A stretch of 64,000 bases of DNA from Chrysomallon squamiferum. Its lineage: Eukaryota > Animalia > Mollusca. How positions within the stretch are numbered: position 1 is the first letter of the stretch; each line of letters opens with the position of its first letter. Of the stretch, positions 45,618 to 59,939 are shown in pieces. The position numbers were made by a program, and so were the translations under genes. The stretch is from NCBI GenBank assembly GCA_012295275.1, contig CM022677.1:5828001-5892000 (forward strand), given 5' to 3'. The notes under the pieces are model-generated. The model searched no databases and was not told the origin of the DNA. It was given only the letters and a program-made list of their open reading frames with translations.

Positions 45618-46581
45618 AATAATAATAATAATTTAATAAATAAATAATTAAATACATTTTATTACACATTCTGAAAACAAACAGTATTTACTTTGATCTC
45701 GAAATTATTATTATTATTCAGAACATATGACTTTCTGTAGGATATCCTTTAAAAAAATATAAATGCTATATGATATGCATACATAATTAAAAAAAAAGAA
45801 TAATTATTTAAAAAAACATTAACATTTACAATTCAAAAACTCTTCACTGAATCATTTATTTATTTCAAAACCTATTTTATTATTTAATTAAGAAAATAAT
45901 AATCACTTGAAAAGTATTATTTTTTTTTTTTTTTTTTTTTTTGGCTTACTCGTGTCTACGTGACAAAACTCACGTTGTTTCTCAACTGTTTACGTCGCGT
46001 GACAATGATCTCACCTTAAAGTAACACTGACGTTGTTGATTTTTTCATTAAATTTTAATAATGAAAACGAATAATATTTATCCGTTGATTTAATTGATCG
46101 TATGGATGTAATTTAGTAAGTAACTCAATTTTGATTTTAAAAAAATCGAGACATTTGATAATGCGAAAGTTTCATAAACTTGTCCAAAATAATATTAATA
46201 AGAAGGAATTCCATACTAAACGATCAGAGATAAAGGGGGGGAGAAAAAAAAAAGCACTGTTAAAAAACCAAAAATGAATAAGAAAAAAAACAACAACAAC
46301 AAAAAAGACTAATAAACATACAGTAAAAGCCAGGAAGAAAAAAATAAAATAAAATAAAATAAAAAAGTAAATAAAGAAAAACAAAGAAAGATAAGTAATA
46401 AAGTTCATTTGACATATCTGTCCTGAATAAGAAACTAATCATGATTATTCTATACGTGTTTTAACTTCCTAAACCGACCCATTTACATCATTAATATTAA
46501 TTAATTTTAGTTTCCGTAGATATGTATTCCTCAAACGACTACTTTATGACATAACTGAACCACATATTTGATTGATTTATT

Positions 46582-46640
<59 letters not shown>

Positions 46641-46789
46641 CATCATCATCATACAACTTTTGTTTATACAAGATTTAGTATTATTCAATGAAAAAAAATA
46701 CAATAAAAGTTAATGAAACAAATAAATAATTATTTATTCATTTATTTATTTACTTATTTGTTCGTTTATTTGTTTTTTTATAATATATT

Positions 46790-47190
46790 TTAATTAGTTC
46801 GTAGCTGTTGATGTGAGTATTATTTTTAAATGAAAACGCAAACGTGAGCCATAAAAAAGAATAAAATAAAATAAAATAAAGTAATTAATTTTATCTTGAG
46901 AAATAAATAAACATTTAACAGTCACTACTAGTATTAGTGTAGTAAAATGTTTGCCTACCTGTGGATCGAAACTGAAGTAAAACTCGAATCTTGTCAACTA
47001 ACGAACTGACACAAACTCGACGCCGTCTGCTCGCTCTGTGAATCGTCCGCTTAGATACGTCATGTGATATTTTTGTAAAACGACACGTGACAGATTTATG
47101 CTTAGTGTGTTACTCTGGTTGCTTGGTGACAATGTAAACACGATCAGTTCTAATTACAGCATTTTTCAAACTGGTTTGTATACTTGCTCA
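46790..47190 (+). promoter_or_regulatory. Repeated promoter-like module A (E-box + RFX X-box-like + forkhead site); copies at ~51975-52370 and ~58005-58420, diverged at ~54175-54245 and ~57090-57190
   Basis: acgacacgtgac at 47080, gttgcttggtgac 47118-47130, tgtaaaca 47133-47140, then aaactggtttgtatac. The motifs are retained in the diverged 58-kb copy. Confidence 0.45.
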
Positions 47191-48070
47191 AAAAAATATG
47201 AGCAATATCAGTTTATTCTAGTAAGATAAATAAAGCTTAAAATAACAGACAGACAGACAGACAAACACAAACACAATTATAATTATTAACATTGATTTAG
47301 TACATCGAGCAAGGACGACTCCTCTGTTTTCGTGTTATAGAAGTCCGGGCAGACATTGTTTATTTTATTATTTATTTTATTTCTTTCTCACTTTGCGTTT
47401 AGTCTAGATTCAACCCTCTTGAAATGTTCCTACTAAGATACACTCGTAAAGATAATTTTATTTTATAACCTTCCATCCAACCCTACATTTCACATTAACT
47501 TATTCATTCATTCATTCATTCTTCAGTTAAATTATGTGCCAATTTCAGATAAAAATATTTGATACGCATATAATTGTAACAGTGATTATAATGATACATT
47601 TATTTTTTGTCGTACCAATATGCACCAGAGTTTCTTTCACTTTAAAGTGAGTCTGTGTCAATAAGAACAGATACTGTCTAGAAAAAAATCTTTTATGCAT
47701 CCAAGTTATTATTTGTTTGTTTAGAGCGACCTTTCATTACACAGAACAAAGTTTGACAATAACACTGTTACGAAACATTTGACTACTGTAGCTCCTCCCA
47801 GCTGAAATCGTAACGTTTTTTATTATTTTTTATTCTACACATTGTTGTCGTTCTGGGATATAGAACTTTTCATTATATGTATTTTGCTTCGTCGAATCAT
47901 AAATATTCGAAAAATAATATGTCTAAGTGATTTACATTTGTGAATTGTTGTATTTATATTTGTGACTTTCTTCAAACTGGCTCTTGAAAGAGAAAATCAT
48001 ATTCAATGTTGTTATTCTTGATTTTCAGACAATTTTATTCCTCCAAAAGTGAAATGTCTTTTTATACACG

Positions 48071-48103
<33 letters not shown>

Positions 48104-48342
48104 TGTTAGTGTTATTGTTATTATTATAAAGCCTGCAATAATAATAATAAATAAATAAATACACATCTCCTAGCAAATAAACTTTCTACCAACACGTGTT
48201 TATCTTTTTTAAATTATAATAAAGAGAAAAAAGAAATAACAAACATATTAAAAACAATAAGAATAAATTCCTCTGCTCATTTTGAATGCTTTAAAATCAG
48301 AAACTTCATTGTTGGAAAATAATGCGATTTCTTCAGTTGCGA

Positions 48343-50550
48343 TTTTTTACAAATGACAATGATATAGACGCATAATAAACTATTTAAAAGAAAAAATCAC
48401 TCTCGTAGCTCAACACAAAACGCTCCATTAAACCATTTATTTTTGCAACAAGTCAGATTTCATTTTCTATAATGAAAATAATAAACACTTATAAAACAAT
48501 AAAGTCTGTTTCTTTCCTAATTCATGTCTACCTGACAAAACTCACGTTATGTATTTTAAACTGGAGCGTGTCTAGATTTCGTGAAAATGATTTTGCTTCT
48601 TAATTGATCACAATACTGTATTTTAATAAATAATTTCATTTAATGAAAAGAAATTTAACAATAAACTAACTTGAATCTCTTATGACCGTTTGTCAAAAAT
48701 AATTTTGAAAAGTTAATTTCAGTTAGGTAGATTTTTAAATGGTCAGTTATTCCATAGACATTTTATTTCTCCATCGACTATTTTATAAGATAACTGAACA
48801 TAGCATTCATTATTATTTTTACAAACTGCTCTTTTATCAACGTACACAGCGCATCCATTATTGGTGTTTCGTTTTCATTTTATGTTGCTGTTGTTGTTAT
48901 AACCTGGTTTACTGTTAAACAGATACACAATCAACAGTCACAGCTAATAACAGTATAGTACAGACTTGCTTACCCGAGAAGAGATGGAAGTAAAACTGCA
49001 ACTGCGTAGACTAACAAATTCACAGAAAAACATATGTCGTCTGCTTGTTCTGTCACTCATCAGCTTGAATACATTGAGTGATTTTGTTAAAAGACGACAT
49101 GTCACAGGTTTGAGACTTACTATTATCTCTCTATCAAAAGTATTTTGGTTGCTGCTATTGTTTATGTTGTTATTACTGTTGTTGTTGTTTTGTTGATGTC
49201 ATAATTAGTATTATTGTTGTTGTTTTTGTTATTATTATCATATTTGTTTATCTACCTACTTATTTTATTTTTTTATTATTGTTTATTTTTTATTATATTT
49301 ATTTTTGATATACACATCAGTCAAAAGACATATAAAACAACTACATATATGCTGTTTATAGTCATACACATAAAATAAAATAAACAAATAAATACGTCAA
49401 ATAACAAAAGTATTCGAGGAAAAAAATTACGAAGTTCCTCAGACAGAAACGTTTCTGTGCTTTACTGATTGTTTTTCTATATTAATTAATTATTTTATCT
49501 ACTTACTTAGTTACTTATTTATTAACTTATTAATTTAAATTCTATATTTCTACGTACAACATGAATAACTGTTACACGACTAATTTGAAAGTCTCATAGT
49601 TTTGACTCTGTATTTCCTAGTACAGTTCGTTCTGTATAAAGGTTTCACATTGTGTACACAATCATCCACATCTGTTCTCTGGCTATTGAAGCTAAGAAAA
49701 GTTTTTGCATTATTTATTGCATGTTAAAAGCGACACTGCAAACATACAGAAAATAAATCCTAGATCTGGACCTGTGTTTTTATTAATTTATTATTTTCAT
49801 ATTTCGTTTCATTTTATACATACATACATACATACATACATACATACATACATACATACATTATATATATATATAAACACACACACACGAGACCGTGTGT
49901 GTATATGTGTGTGTTTGCGGGTTATTTTCTGTCTACTTACAGTTGTTTTGTAGCTGTATGTTTTCTGCAATTCGTGTACATGTGTGTATGTTTGCTTATA
50001 TTTGTGAATGTTATGTATGTATATATGAGTTTCTACGGACGTGCTTCCGACCACTCTAGTTTAGAAAATTAAACAGTCACAGTAAATGAATGAAGGAAAC
50101 GCAGACGGAAAATCAGAGTTTTTATACATTGTAAGAAAAATATAATGATGATATATAAATTTCGAAACAAAGTTTTGTTCGAATTATGAAAGGAAAACAT
50201 CATTTTGAAGTGAAATCTATGCTCTTTCAGATGAGATTACTTGAGCCTTTTTAACGCGAATGAGAACAATGCGGGCCAGAAACGATAGTACGTTCATTTT
50301 CTGATACGTAGAGAGGCATGCAACGCTGCTTGAGTGCGTGAAAGGTTGTGATTCTTCAAACAATAATTAAAAATCACACATTTTCATAGAACAAAAACAA
50401 ACACTGAAAGGAGGAAATGCGCAGTGCAGACGCCAATACCAAATTTATGTGTCTGCAAGAGGGAGTGATCCTTCTAGTAAATTTCAGTATGTACATACTG
50501 TGATAAAAAAATTATTTTAATGGTTTTTCACTATTAAAAATATTATTTGT

Positions 50551-50583
<33 letters not shown>

Positions 50584-51768
50584 TTAATTTTCAAAGAAAC
50601 TAGGAAAACATATATCCTTTACTATTATTATGATTATTATTAGTATTACTATTGTTGCTGCTGTTGTTGTTGTTACTGTTATTATTACTGACATCTTCCG
50701 AACAAATGATTGTACGATATCATTTTTTAAAATCTTCAAATGAAATTATACACAACAACAACAACAACAACAACAATAACAATAACAACAACAATAATAA
50801 TAATAATAATAATTTAATTAATAAATAATTAAATACATTTTATTACACATTCTGAAAACAATCAAAATATTTACTTTGATCTCGAAATTATTATTATTAT
50901 TCAGAACATATGACTTTCTGTAGGATATCCTTTAAAAAAATATAAATGCTATATGATATGCATACATAATAAAAAAAAAAGAATAATTATTTAAAAAAAC
51001 ATTAACATTTACAATTCAAAAACTCTTCACTGAATCATTTATTTATTTCAAAACCTATTTTATTATTTAATTAAGAAAATAATAATCACTTGAAAAGTAT
51101 TATTTTTTTTTTTTTTTTTTTGGCTTACTCGTGTCTACGTGACAAAACTCACGTTGTTTCTCAACTGTTTACGTCGCGTGACAATGATCTCACCTTAAAG
51201 TAACACTGACGTTGTTGATTTTTTCATTAAATTTTAATAATGAAAACGAATAATATTTATCCGTTGATTTAATTGATCGTATGGATGTAATTTAGTAAGT
51301 AACTCAATTTTGATTTAAAAAAAGTCGAGACATTTGATAATGCGAAAGTTTCATAAACTTGTCCAAAATAATATTAATAAGAAGGAATTCCATACTAAAC
51401 GATCAGAGATAAAGGGGGGGGGGAGAAAAAAAAAAGCACTGTTAAAAAACCAAAAATGAATAAGAAAAAAAACAACAACAACAAACAAACTAATAAACAT
51501 ACAGTAAAAGCCAGGAAGAAAAAAATAAAATAAAATAAAAGTAAAATAAAAAAGTAAATAAAGAAAAACAAAGAAAGATAAGTAATAAAGTTCATTTGAC
51601 ATATCTGTCCTGAATAAGAAACTAATCATGATTATTCTATACGTGTTTTAACTTCCTAAACCGACCCATTTACATCATTAATATTAATTAATTTTAGTTT
51701 CCGTAGATATGTATTCCTCAAACGACTACTTTATGACATAACTGAACCACATATTTGATTTATTTATT

Positions 51769-51818
<50 letters not shown>

Positions 51819-53251
51819 CATCATCATCATCATCATACAACTTTTGTTTATACAAGATTTAGTATTATTCAATGAAAAAAAATACAATAAAAGTTAATGA
51901 AACAAATAAATAATTATTTATTCATTTATTTATTTACTTATTTGTTCGTTTATTTGTTTTTTTATAATATATTTTAATTAGTTCGTAGCTGTTGATGTGA
52001 GTATTATTTTTAAATGAAAACGCAAACGTGAGCCATAAAAAAGAATAAAATAAAATAAAATAAAGTAATTAATTTTATCTTGAGAAATAAATAAACATTT
52101 AACAGTCACTACTAGTATTAGTGTAGTAAAATGTTTGCCTACCTGTGGATCGAAACTGAAGTAAAACTCGAATCTTGTCAACTAACGAACTGACACAAAC
52201 TCCACGCCGTCTGCTCGCTCTGTGAATCGTCCGCTTAGATACGTCATGTGATATTTTTGTAAAACGACACGTGACAGATTTATGCTTAGTGTGTCACTCT
52301 GGTTGCTTGGTGACAATGTAAACACGATCAGTTCTAATTACAGCATTTTTCAAACTGGTTTGTATACTTGCTCAAAAAATATGAGCAATATCAGTTTATT
52401 CTAGTAAGATAAATAAAGCTTAAAATAACAGACAGACAGACAGACAAACACAAACACAATTATAATTATTAACATTGATTTAGTACATCGAGCAAGGACG
52501 ACTCCTCTGTTTTCGTGTTATAGAAGTCCGGGCAGACATTGTTTATTTTATTATTTATTTTATTTCTTTCTCACTTTGCGTTTAGTCTAGATTCAACCCT
52601 CTTGAAATGTTCCTACTAAGATACACTCGTAAAGATAATTTTATTTTATAACCTTCCATCCAACCCTACATTTCACATTAACTTATTCATTCATTCATTC
52701 ATTCTTCAGTTAAATTATGTGCCAATTTCAGATAAAAATATTTGATACGCATATAATTGTAACAGTGATTATAATGATACATTTATTTTTTGTCGTACCA
52801 ATATGCACCAGAGTTTCTTTCACTTTAAAGTGAGTCTGTGTCAATAAGAACAGATACTGTCTAGAAAAATTCTTTATGCATCCAAGTTATTATTTGTTTG
52901 TTTAGAGCGACCTTTCATTACACAGAACAAAGTTTGACAATAACACTGTTACGAAACATTTGACTACTGTAGCTCCTCCCAGCTGAAATCGTAACGTTTT
53001 TTATTATTTTTTATTCTACACATTGTTGTCGTTCTGGGATATAGAACTTTTCATTATATGTATTTTGCTTCGTCGAATCATAAATATTCGAAAAATAATA
53101 TGTCTAAGTGATTTACATTTGTGAATTGTTGTATTTATATTTGTGACTTTCTTCAAACTGGCTCTTGAAAGAGAAAATCAGATTCAATGTTGTTATTCTT
53201 GATTTTCAGACAATTTTATTCCTCCAAAAGTGAAATGTCTTTTTATACACG

Positions 53252-53284
<33 letters not shown>

Positions 53285-53520
53285 TGTTAGTGTTATTGTT
53301 ATTATTATAAAGCCTGCAATAATAATAATAAATAAATAAATACACATCTCCTAGCAAATAAACTTTCTACCAACACGTGTTTATCTTTTTTAAATTATAA
53401 TAAAGAGAAAAAAGAAATAACAAACATATTAAAAACAATAAGAATAAATTCCTCTGCTCATTTTGAATGCTTTAAAATCAGAAACTTCATTGTTGGAAAA
53501 TAATGCGATTTCTTCAGTTG
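48343..53520. repeat. Copy 2 of the tandem segmental duplication
   Basis: Near-identical to 43560-48340, apart from an extra ~400 bp at 48379-48776, an 11-bp indel near 50284, scattered SNPs and microsatellite length differences. Confidence 0.97.
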
Positions 53521-53793
53521 TATCAAAAACGTTTCTAAATGTAGAAAATTCAGTGAACCTGAAAATACGTGTAATCATTCCTCAGGAACATTAAAATTTA
53601 AAAAAAAATAAATAAATAAAAATACACTTCATATTATTTTTTTCAACTTTTTTGTTCTAATCTTTTGTTATTTAATTATGTTGTTCCAGTAAATAAGATC
53701 ATTATTGAAGCTAGCCAGTGAATGTCAGTTATTTAATATTTACTATGTTATGTCATGGCTATGATCTTAATAATATCTATCTGTACGCGCGCG

Positions 53794-53830
<37 letters not shown>

Positions 53831-54027
53831 TATTCATGCTACAACATGCTGTAAATTCAGCAAGACAGGACAAACATTGTTTATTTAGTTTTTAATTTCT
53901 TTTCACAGCTGACACTAATTTAATACATTTCCACTCTTAATTACGTTACTGGATAAATACATTAATTATCCTAAACAAAGCTTTAGCTGAAAAAAAGAAA
54001 AAAAAAAAAAGAAAAAAAGAAAAAAAA

Positions 54028-54062
<35 letters not shown>

Positions 54063-54599
54063 TTGTTTCTACTTTTTTATTCTATTTCATGTTTATGTAC
54101 ATACTTTATTTCTTTTTTTATTATTATTATTTTTTTAATGCCCTGTTTCAGTTGTTTTCTCTGTAATTTCAGAAAGAGTCACGTGACTAACAGGCACCTG
54201 TTTATTTCAGTTCAGTGTTTATCTGGTTACCTCGTGACAATGTCAGAAGTATGAAATGTTTCTATGCAGTAGAGTCGTCCTGGGATGTAAACAAATTATT
54301 TTATTTAATATCTCTTCGTAGAACTATAAAAAGTCGTCGTTTAGATGTACATAATAGTAAATTTAAATGAAGACAAATTATAGCAGACAAACACTCCAAA
54401 GTGGGAGGGAGTAGCAAACATACAGAAAGAGAAAAAAATAAGAGGAATGACTGTGAATGTCGGTATTACCTAATAATAATAATAATAACAAGACGAATAA
54501 CAACAAGAACAAAAACAGTGATTATAATATTGAGAATAATAAAAATTATAAAAATAAATGAAACAAAGAAATTAAATAATAAAACCAGATCAAAAACAT

Positions 54600-54803
54600 A
54601 ATTATAAGTGAAATAAAATAATATGAACGAATGAAAATATAAAGAGTTTACTGAAGGTAAATGAAGGTGAAAAGTTACATACATACATACATACAAAGAT
54701 ACATGCATACATGCAATTCCATAAAAAGTCAACTTTTCTTCTGTAACACTTAACACAAGACATATTGCTGTTGTTGTTATTATTATTATTATTATTATTG
54801 TTA

Positions 54804-54847
<44 letters not shown>

Positions 54848-55900
54848 TATTTATTTATTAAAAAAAAAAACGGAAAAAAAAAAAAAATTTGTCAGATGGC
54901 CCCGAATATGCAAATTGATAATAACATATAAATATAAGTAGTTATGACTCAAACTTATTTATTTATTTACATATTTTTTATTTATTTCCTCATATTTTAT
55001 TTTTTTTATTTTTTATTAATTAATTAATTTAAGTTTTGCACTTCTTCGTACAAGATGAATAACAATTACAGGACTAAAACGCAAATCTCTCGTCGTTTTG
55101 ACAATGTACGTCTAAGTACAGTTCGTTCTGTAACCATGATAGTTGTTTATATTGATTTTAATAAACGTTTTACATTCTGTACATAATCATCCACATCTGA
55201 CTATGGACACTGACGACTGAAAAAAAGACTGGACAGCTGTGTTTAACTCAGTCGGTGATCTTTCAATACTGTCACTCATGTGACAGCACGTGCACAGGCG
55301 ACATTGCGTGATTTCTCTTCTAGCTGATATCAGATGATTCGCTTCAAATTTCAATAAAGAACTTTTAGGACCCACGCAGTTTGTTGTTATCTTTGAGGTC
55401 GCAGTTCAGGTCAACCATGTATTTGAGTACGGCTAGGTCGTTACGACTTTTACAATGCTTTTGAAACTGGTTTGCATGCAGGCCAACAAAGAGACGGAAA
55501 GAATGTGGGGGTAGCGGGATGGAAGGAACCAACTACGTGTACTAAACTGTAATATCGTGCTTTACAAAGTTCTCCAGAATATCGAATTAATATCTTAAAC
55601 AATTATTTACTTCTCTCAAGTTTAAGAATTGTGTAAGCAGTTAAGTAAGTAATGAGAAATTCGATGCTTTTAATACCCAAGAGATAGGTATTCTGCAGCT
55701 ATGGTGGTCTTAGCATGAATTTATCCATATAAAACACCACATTGCAAACATACAGGAAATAAACTCTAATAAATTTTATTTTAAAACCATTCACATTAAC
55801 ATTCATTTCTTTGTATTTATCATCTTTCTAACTCTTTTCTCAAAATACAGTTATCTGTAAATAACTTTAAGTCAACGGCAAATATCTCAATTCGGGTATT
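54600..55900. repeat. Diverged duplicate of ~62010-63480
   Basis: Shared collinear blocks gcaaatctctcgtcgttttgacaatg, ctatgg.cactgacgactga, gcacaggcgacattgcgtgatttctcttctagctga, gaggtcgcagttcaggtcaaccatgtatttgagtacggctag, caagagataggtatt. Confidence 0.9.
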
Positions 55901-55979
55901 ATTGCATAGATCTGAACTAACAGCTCCCTATTTCCTTCGGCTTTATTACGACTACTACTACTACTATTATTATTATTAT

Positions 55980-56027
<48 letters not shown>

Positions 56028-56609
56028 CAGTAGTAGAATGAGCAGAAATGTAACCTAAAAACAACTAATGTTAAAGGCAATCTGAAACTGATTAAAATGA
56101 TTAACACAGTGACCACAAATTACCTCCCTTGAAATCGGTAGCATCAATTTCCTCGAACAAAAACAATTAGTATTTTCGTTTTAATAATTTTATTTGGATT
56201 TATTTCTTGATGTCCTGTTGTAATTTTCTAACAATATCATGGATAAGAATCATGTGAATAACATCCAGATCTCTCATGTTTAATTTTGAAAGTAACTAAA
56301 CAAACAAAGAAACAACATTTAATATTTCTGATATCTGGCCGATATATTTAAGTTGTTCCTGTTTCTTTCTTTCTTTTTTTCTTTCTTTATATTTCCCAGG
56401 TAAAATGCGGCTTAACATTAATTATTGCCATAGTGAACATGACACAGACGGATACAAAACAATTTAACTCTCGTAAATTTTATATTGAAAGCTTTCATAT
56501 TGACGGTCATTTCTTTTCTTTCCTTGTTTCATCTATTTTCAACAAATTATAATTATCTGTAAATAACGCAAATATTTGATTGTTTGTTTGTTTGTTTCTT
56601 TATAAAAAC

Positions 56610-56962
56610 AAATATACAGCAGAAAAATGCACGTAGTTAGGTGAAGTTTGTCAGGTTAGGATAGTTATCGGTCCAGTTGTAAAATGTACTCTTAACGTGA
56701 TGGAAAGGGGGAGGAGACAGGGTTACTGAATGGTTTTGTGCTTAATTTTCCGAAATCCGAAGTACGTGGAGTCCAGTGCACACACACACAAACACACGCA
56801 GACACACACAAAAACACACAGACACACACAAACACACGCAGACACACACAAAGACACACAGACAGACATATAGATACATATATTGACATATATACGTTCA
56901 TTCAGACAGATAGATTGATTAAATATGTAGGTGTATACACACACACACACATGCACACACAC

Positions 56963-57008
<46 letters not shown>

Positions 57009-57010
57009 AA
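56610..57010. repeat. Repeat with CA-rich tail, duplicated at ~59325-59900
   Basis: ggtgaagtttgtcaggttaggat...gatggaaag.gggaggagacagggtta shared, followed by a degenerate (CA)n tract in both copies. Confidence 0.8.
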
Positions 57011-57635
57011 CACACATAATAAAACTCTGGACTAACACGCAGATGTTTCATGTTTAATCTTGTCTATGTACTTCTAACTGCAGTTCGTTCTAGGTCACCC
57101 GTTTATTTCAATACAGTGTATTGCTCTTGTTACCCTGTGACGTCACTGAATGTTCTAATATATCACGTTTCTGAAAACTGGTTTCAATACGAAGTCAGAA
57201 AGCAATAGAGCGTGACAGCGGGTTGGACTACATCAACGATTATAATAGATAATAATATCGTGTTTAGAATGAAGACAGAAATGAAATAAACATTTTAAAT
57301 TTACTTCTTTCTCTCATTCATAAGAATCTTTCCAAATTAATTAAACACACTACCTCACTTCTACTAAATTCACATTCTACATTATTTGATAATAAATAAA
57401 TAAAGAAATAAAGAAATAAATAAATAAAGAAGAAGAAGAAGAAGAAGAGCAACAACAGCAACACAATTTCAGTAACAAAATAACTTTTGCAAGGAAAGAA
57501 AGATGAGAAGCAAAAAAAAAAAAAAAAAAATACTTGTACAACACAGTCAATCAATGTAATTTAACGTGCAAAACATTCATCAAAATAGTTTTTAATAAAA
57601 AATGTAATCCATTATTCGAACTTTATCGAAGAGTT

Positions 57636-57940
57636 TAACACCTTTTAAGTTTCCACAATGAGCTGCTAGATGTAAAACAGAACTGTTTTTGTTCTCTGTT
57701 GTATTAAAAAGTGTCACACCTCTTTTCTCTGCTCTTGTTTAGTCATAGACACTGACTGCTACGCTCTGTATCACAGCATTTAAGAAAGTAATATCTATTG
57801 TTAACCGTTTTCAACATTTTTAACCTTTTAAATATAAAAAAATATGTTTTTACTTGACACCAGGGGTGAAGTTTTTTCTTTTGAAAAATGGAATAGTTTA
57901 TTGTCATAATTTTAGTTGATAAGAATTTCTTACGTTGTTA
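57636..57940 (-). pseudogene. Internally deleted remnant of a STAND-ANK paralog
   Basis: 57707-57940 matches 28513-28750 (acacctcttttctctgctcttgttt = TRAEKRGV, plus the acceptor and intron). It is joined directly to an ankyrin fragment NTTENKNSSVLHLAAHCGNLKGV (57636-57706). Confidence 0.8.
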
Positions 57941-58513
57941 TGAAGATCATGAAAAGTAATAATAATAAAAAAATCATTATTTATTTATTTATTTATTTTG
58001 TAAATTTATTAGTTCGTAGCTGTTGATGTGGTATTGTTTTTAAATGAAAACGCAAACGTGAGCCGAGTTTCTGATGTTAGAGACGGGTTTGCCGTAAATA
58101 GAACAATAAATAAAATACAACAAAATCGTTAAATGTATAAAGAATCAACAGAACTACTAACGTCTGTGAAGAAAAAGGTTTCCCTATCTTACAGTCGAAA
58201 CCGAAGTAAACCAGAATCTTGTCAACTAACAAACTGACACAAATTCTACGTCGTGTGCACGCTCTGTGAACAGTCTAGTTAGACACGTCAGGTGATATTT
58301 TTGTAAAACGACACGTGACAGGTTTACACGTAGTGTGTTAGTCTGGTTGCTTGGTGACAATGTAAACACGTTTTACATAAGTTCTAAGAATAACATTTGT
58401 CAAACTGGTTTGTATACTTCATCGAAAAGATATGAGCAGTATACAGGGGCGAGTAATATCTTATTGTCTTATAGTAAGCTAAAATATAGCTTAAAATAAC
58501 ACACAAACAAATG

Positions 58514-58577
<64 letters not shown>

Positions 58578-59939
58578 AAATTTATATTGTAAGACTACTC
58601 TGTTTTCGTGTCAGAGAAGTCAGGGTAGACATTGTTTATTTAATTATTTGATTTTATTACTAAATTTTATTTTATTTCTAACCTTGATTCAGCTATCTTG
58701 ATACACTATCTCGTAAACATAATTTTATTTTACAATATTTCATCCAATTATTTATTCATTTATTTACTTCTTTATTTACTTATTCTTCAGTTAAATTATG
58801 TGCTAGCTTGAGATTATATGTATTTAATTTTATTTGTGAATATAACAATACATTTACTTTCTATGTTTTACCAGTATACACCAGTGTATCTTCCACTTTA
58901 AAGTGAACTTGTCTGTGTCAATAAGAACAGATATTGTCTAGTAAATTCTAGTAAACTTCCAAGTTATTGTGTCTTTGTTTAGAGACACTTTTCATTACAC
59001 AACAAAGTTTAACAGGAACAATTACAAAACATTTGACGACTGTAGCACTTCTCAGCAGAGATCGTGACGTCATCACGTAATGAGACTGACTGGTCTAATT
59101 TTATACACAGTGGAGTCGTCTCGGGATGCAGAAACTTTTACTTTTTGTAATATCGCTTCTTAGAGTTATTAACATTCGGGTAGCACAAATATTAACACTA
59201 AAATCAACCGCAGTAGTAAATTTCAGAAAACATAGCAGCTATATAGTACAGTAACATAATGTAAGAAAAATGTACAGACATAAAAACAATGTAGATAAAT
59301 GTTATTCACTACATGTAAAGAAAAATATACAGCAGAATATGTAGTCTATGTTTGGTGAAGTTTGTCAGGTTAGGATGGTTAATGGTGCAATTGTAAAATG
59401 TTCTGTTAAGTTGATGGAAAGTGGGAGGAGACAGGGTTAGTGTCATCGTGCAGTAGCCTCGCAATAACTCAATGTGTTTAAAGGTAAAGTTTTAAGTGCA
59501 AAAGAAACAGAAAGTTGAAATTTTTTGTGATTTTTTAACTCATTTAGTCCAGATTTTCCCACATCCAAGATCCGTGGAATCCAGATTCCACTGTACACAC
59601 ATAAACAGATCTATGCATACTCACTCAGACACATACAAACACATAGAAAGACAAACAAACACACAAAAACATACACACAAAAGCACATACACAGAAACAC
59701 ACACCACAAACACACCAACAAACACACATACAGACACACTCTAAACACACACACACAACCACACACCCAAACACAAAAACAGACACAGACACATACACAC
59801 AAAGACACATACAAAGAGACACACAAACACACACATATACACACATACACACAAAGAGACAAACAGAAACACACACAAAGCACACACAAAAACATACATA
59901 TTTTCTTCATCGAACTGAAATAAAAAACATATATTAGAT

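Larger units (their letters stand above)
43560..48340. repeat. Copy 1 of a near-identical tandem segmental duplication
   Basis: Runs from ttttacaaatgacaatgatatagacgcataataa to gcgatttcttcagttg. ORFs at 43789, 44530, 46172 and 46794 recur ~5.18 kb later. Confidence 0.97.

Noticed and set aside
43789-49196. Duplicated 76-aa ORF (MLTREEMEVK...) as a small gene pair
   Set aside because: Non-ATG starts, a tail made of TTG microsatellite, and identity explained by the recent segmental duplication.
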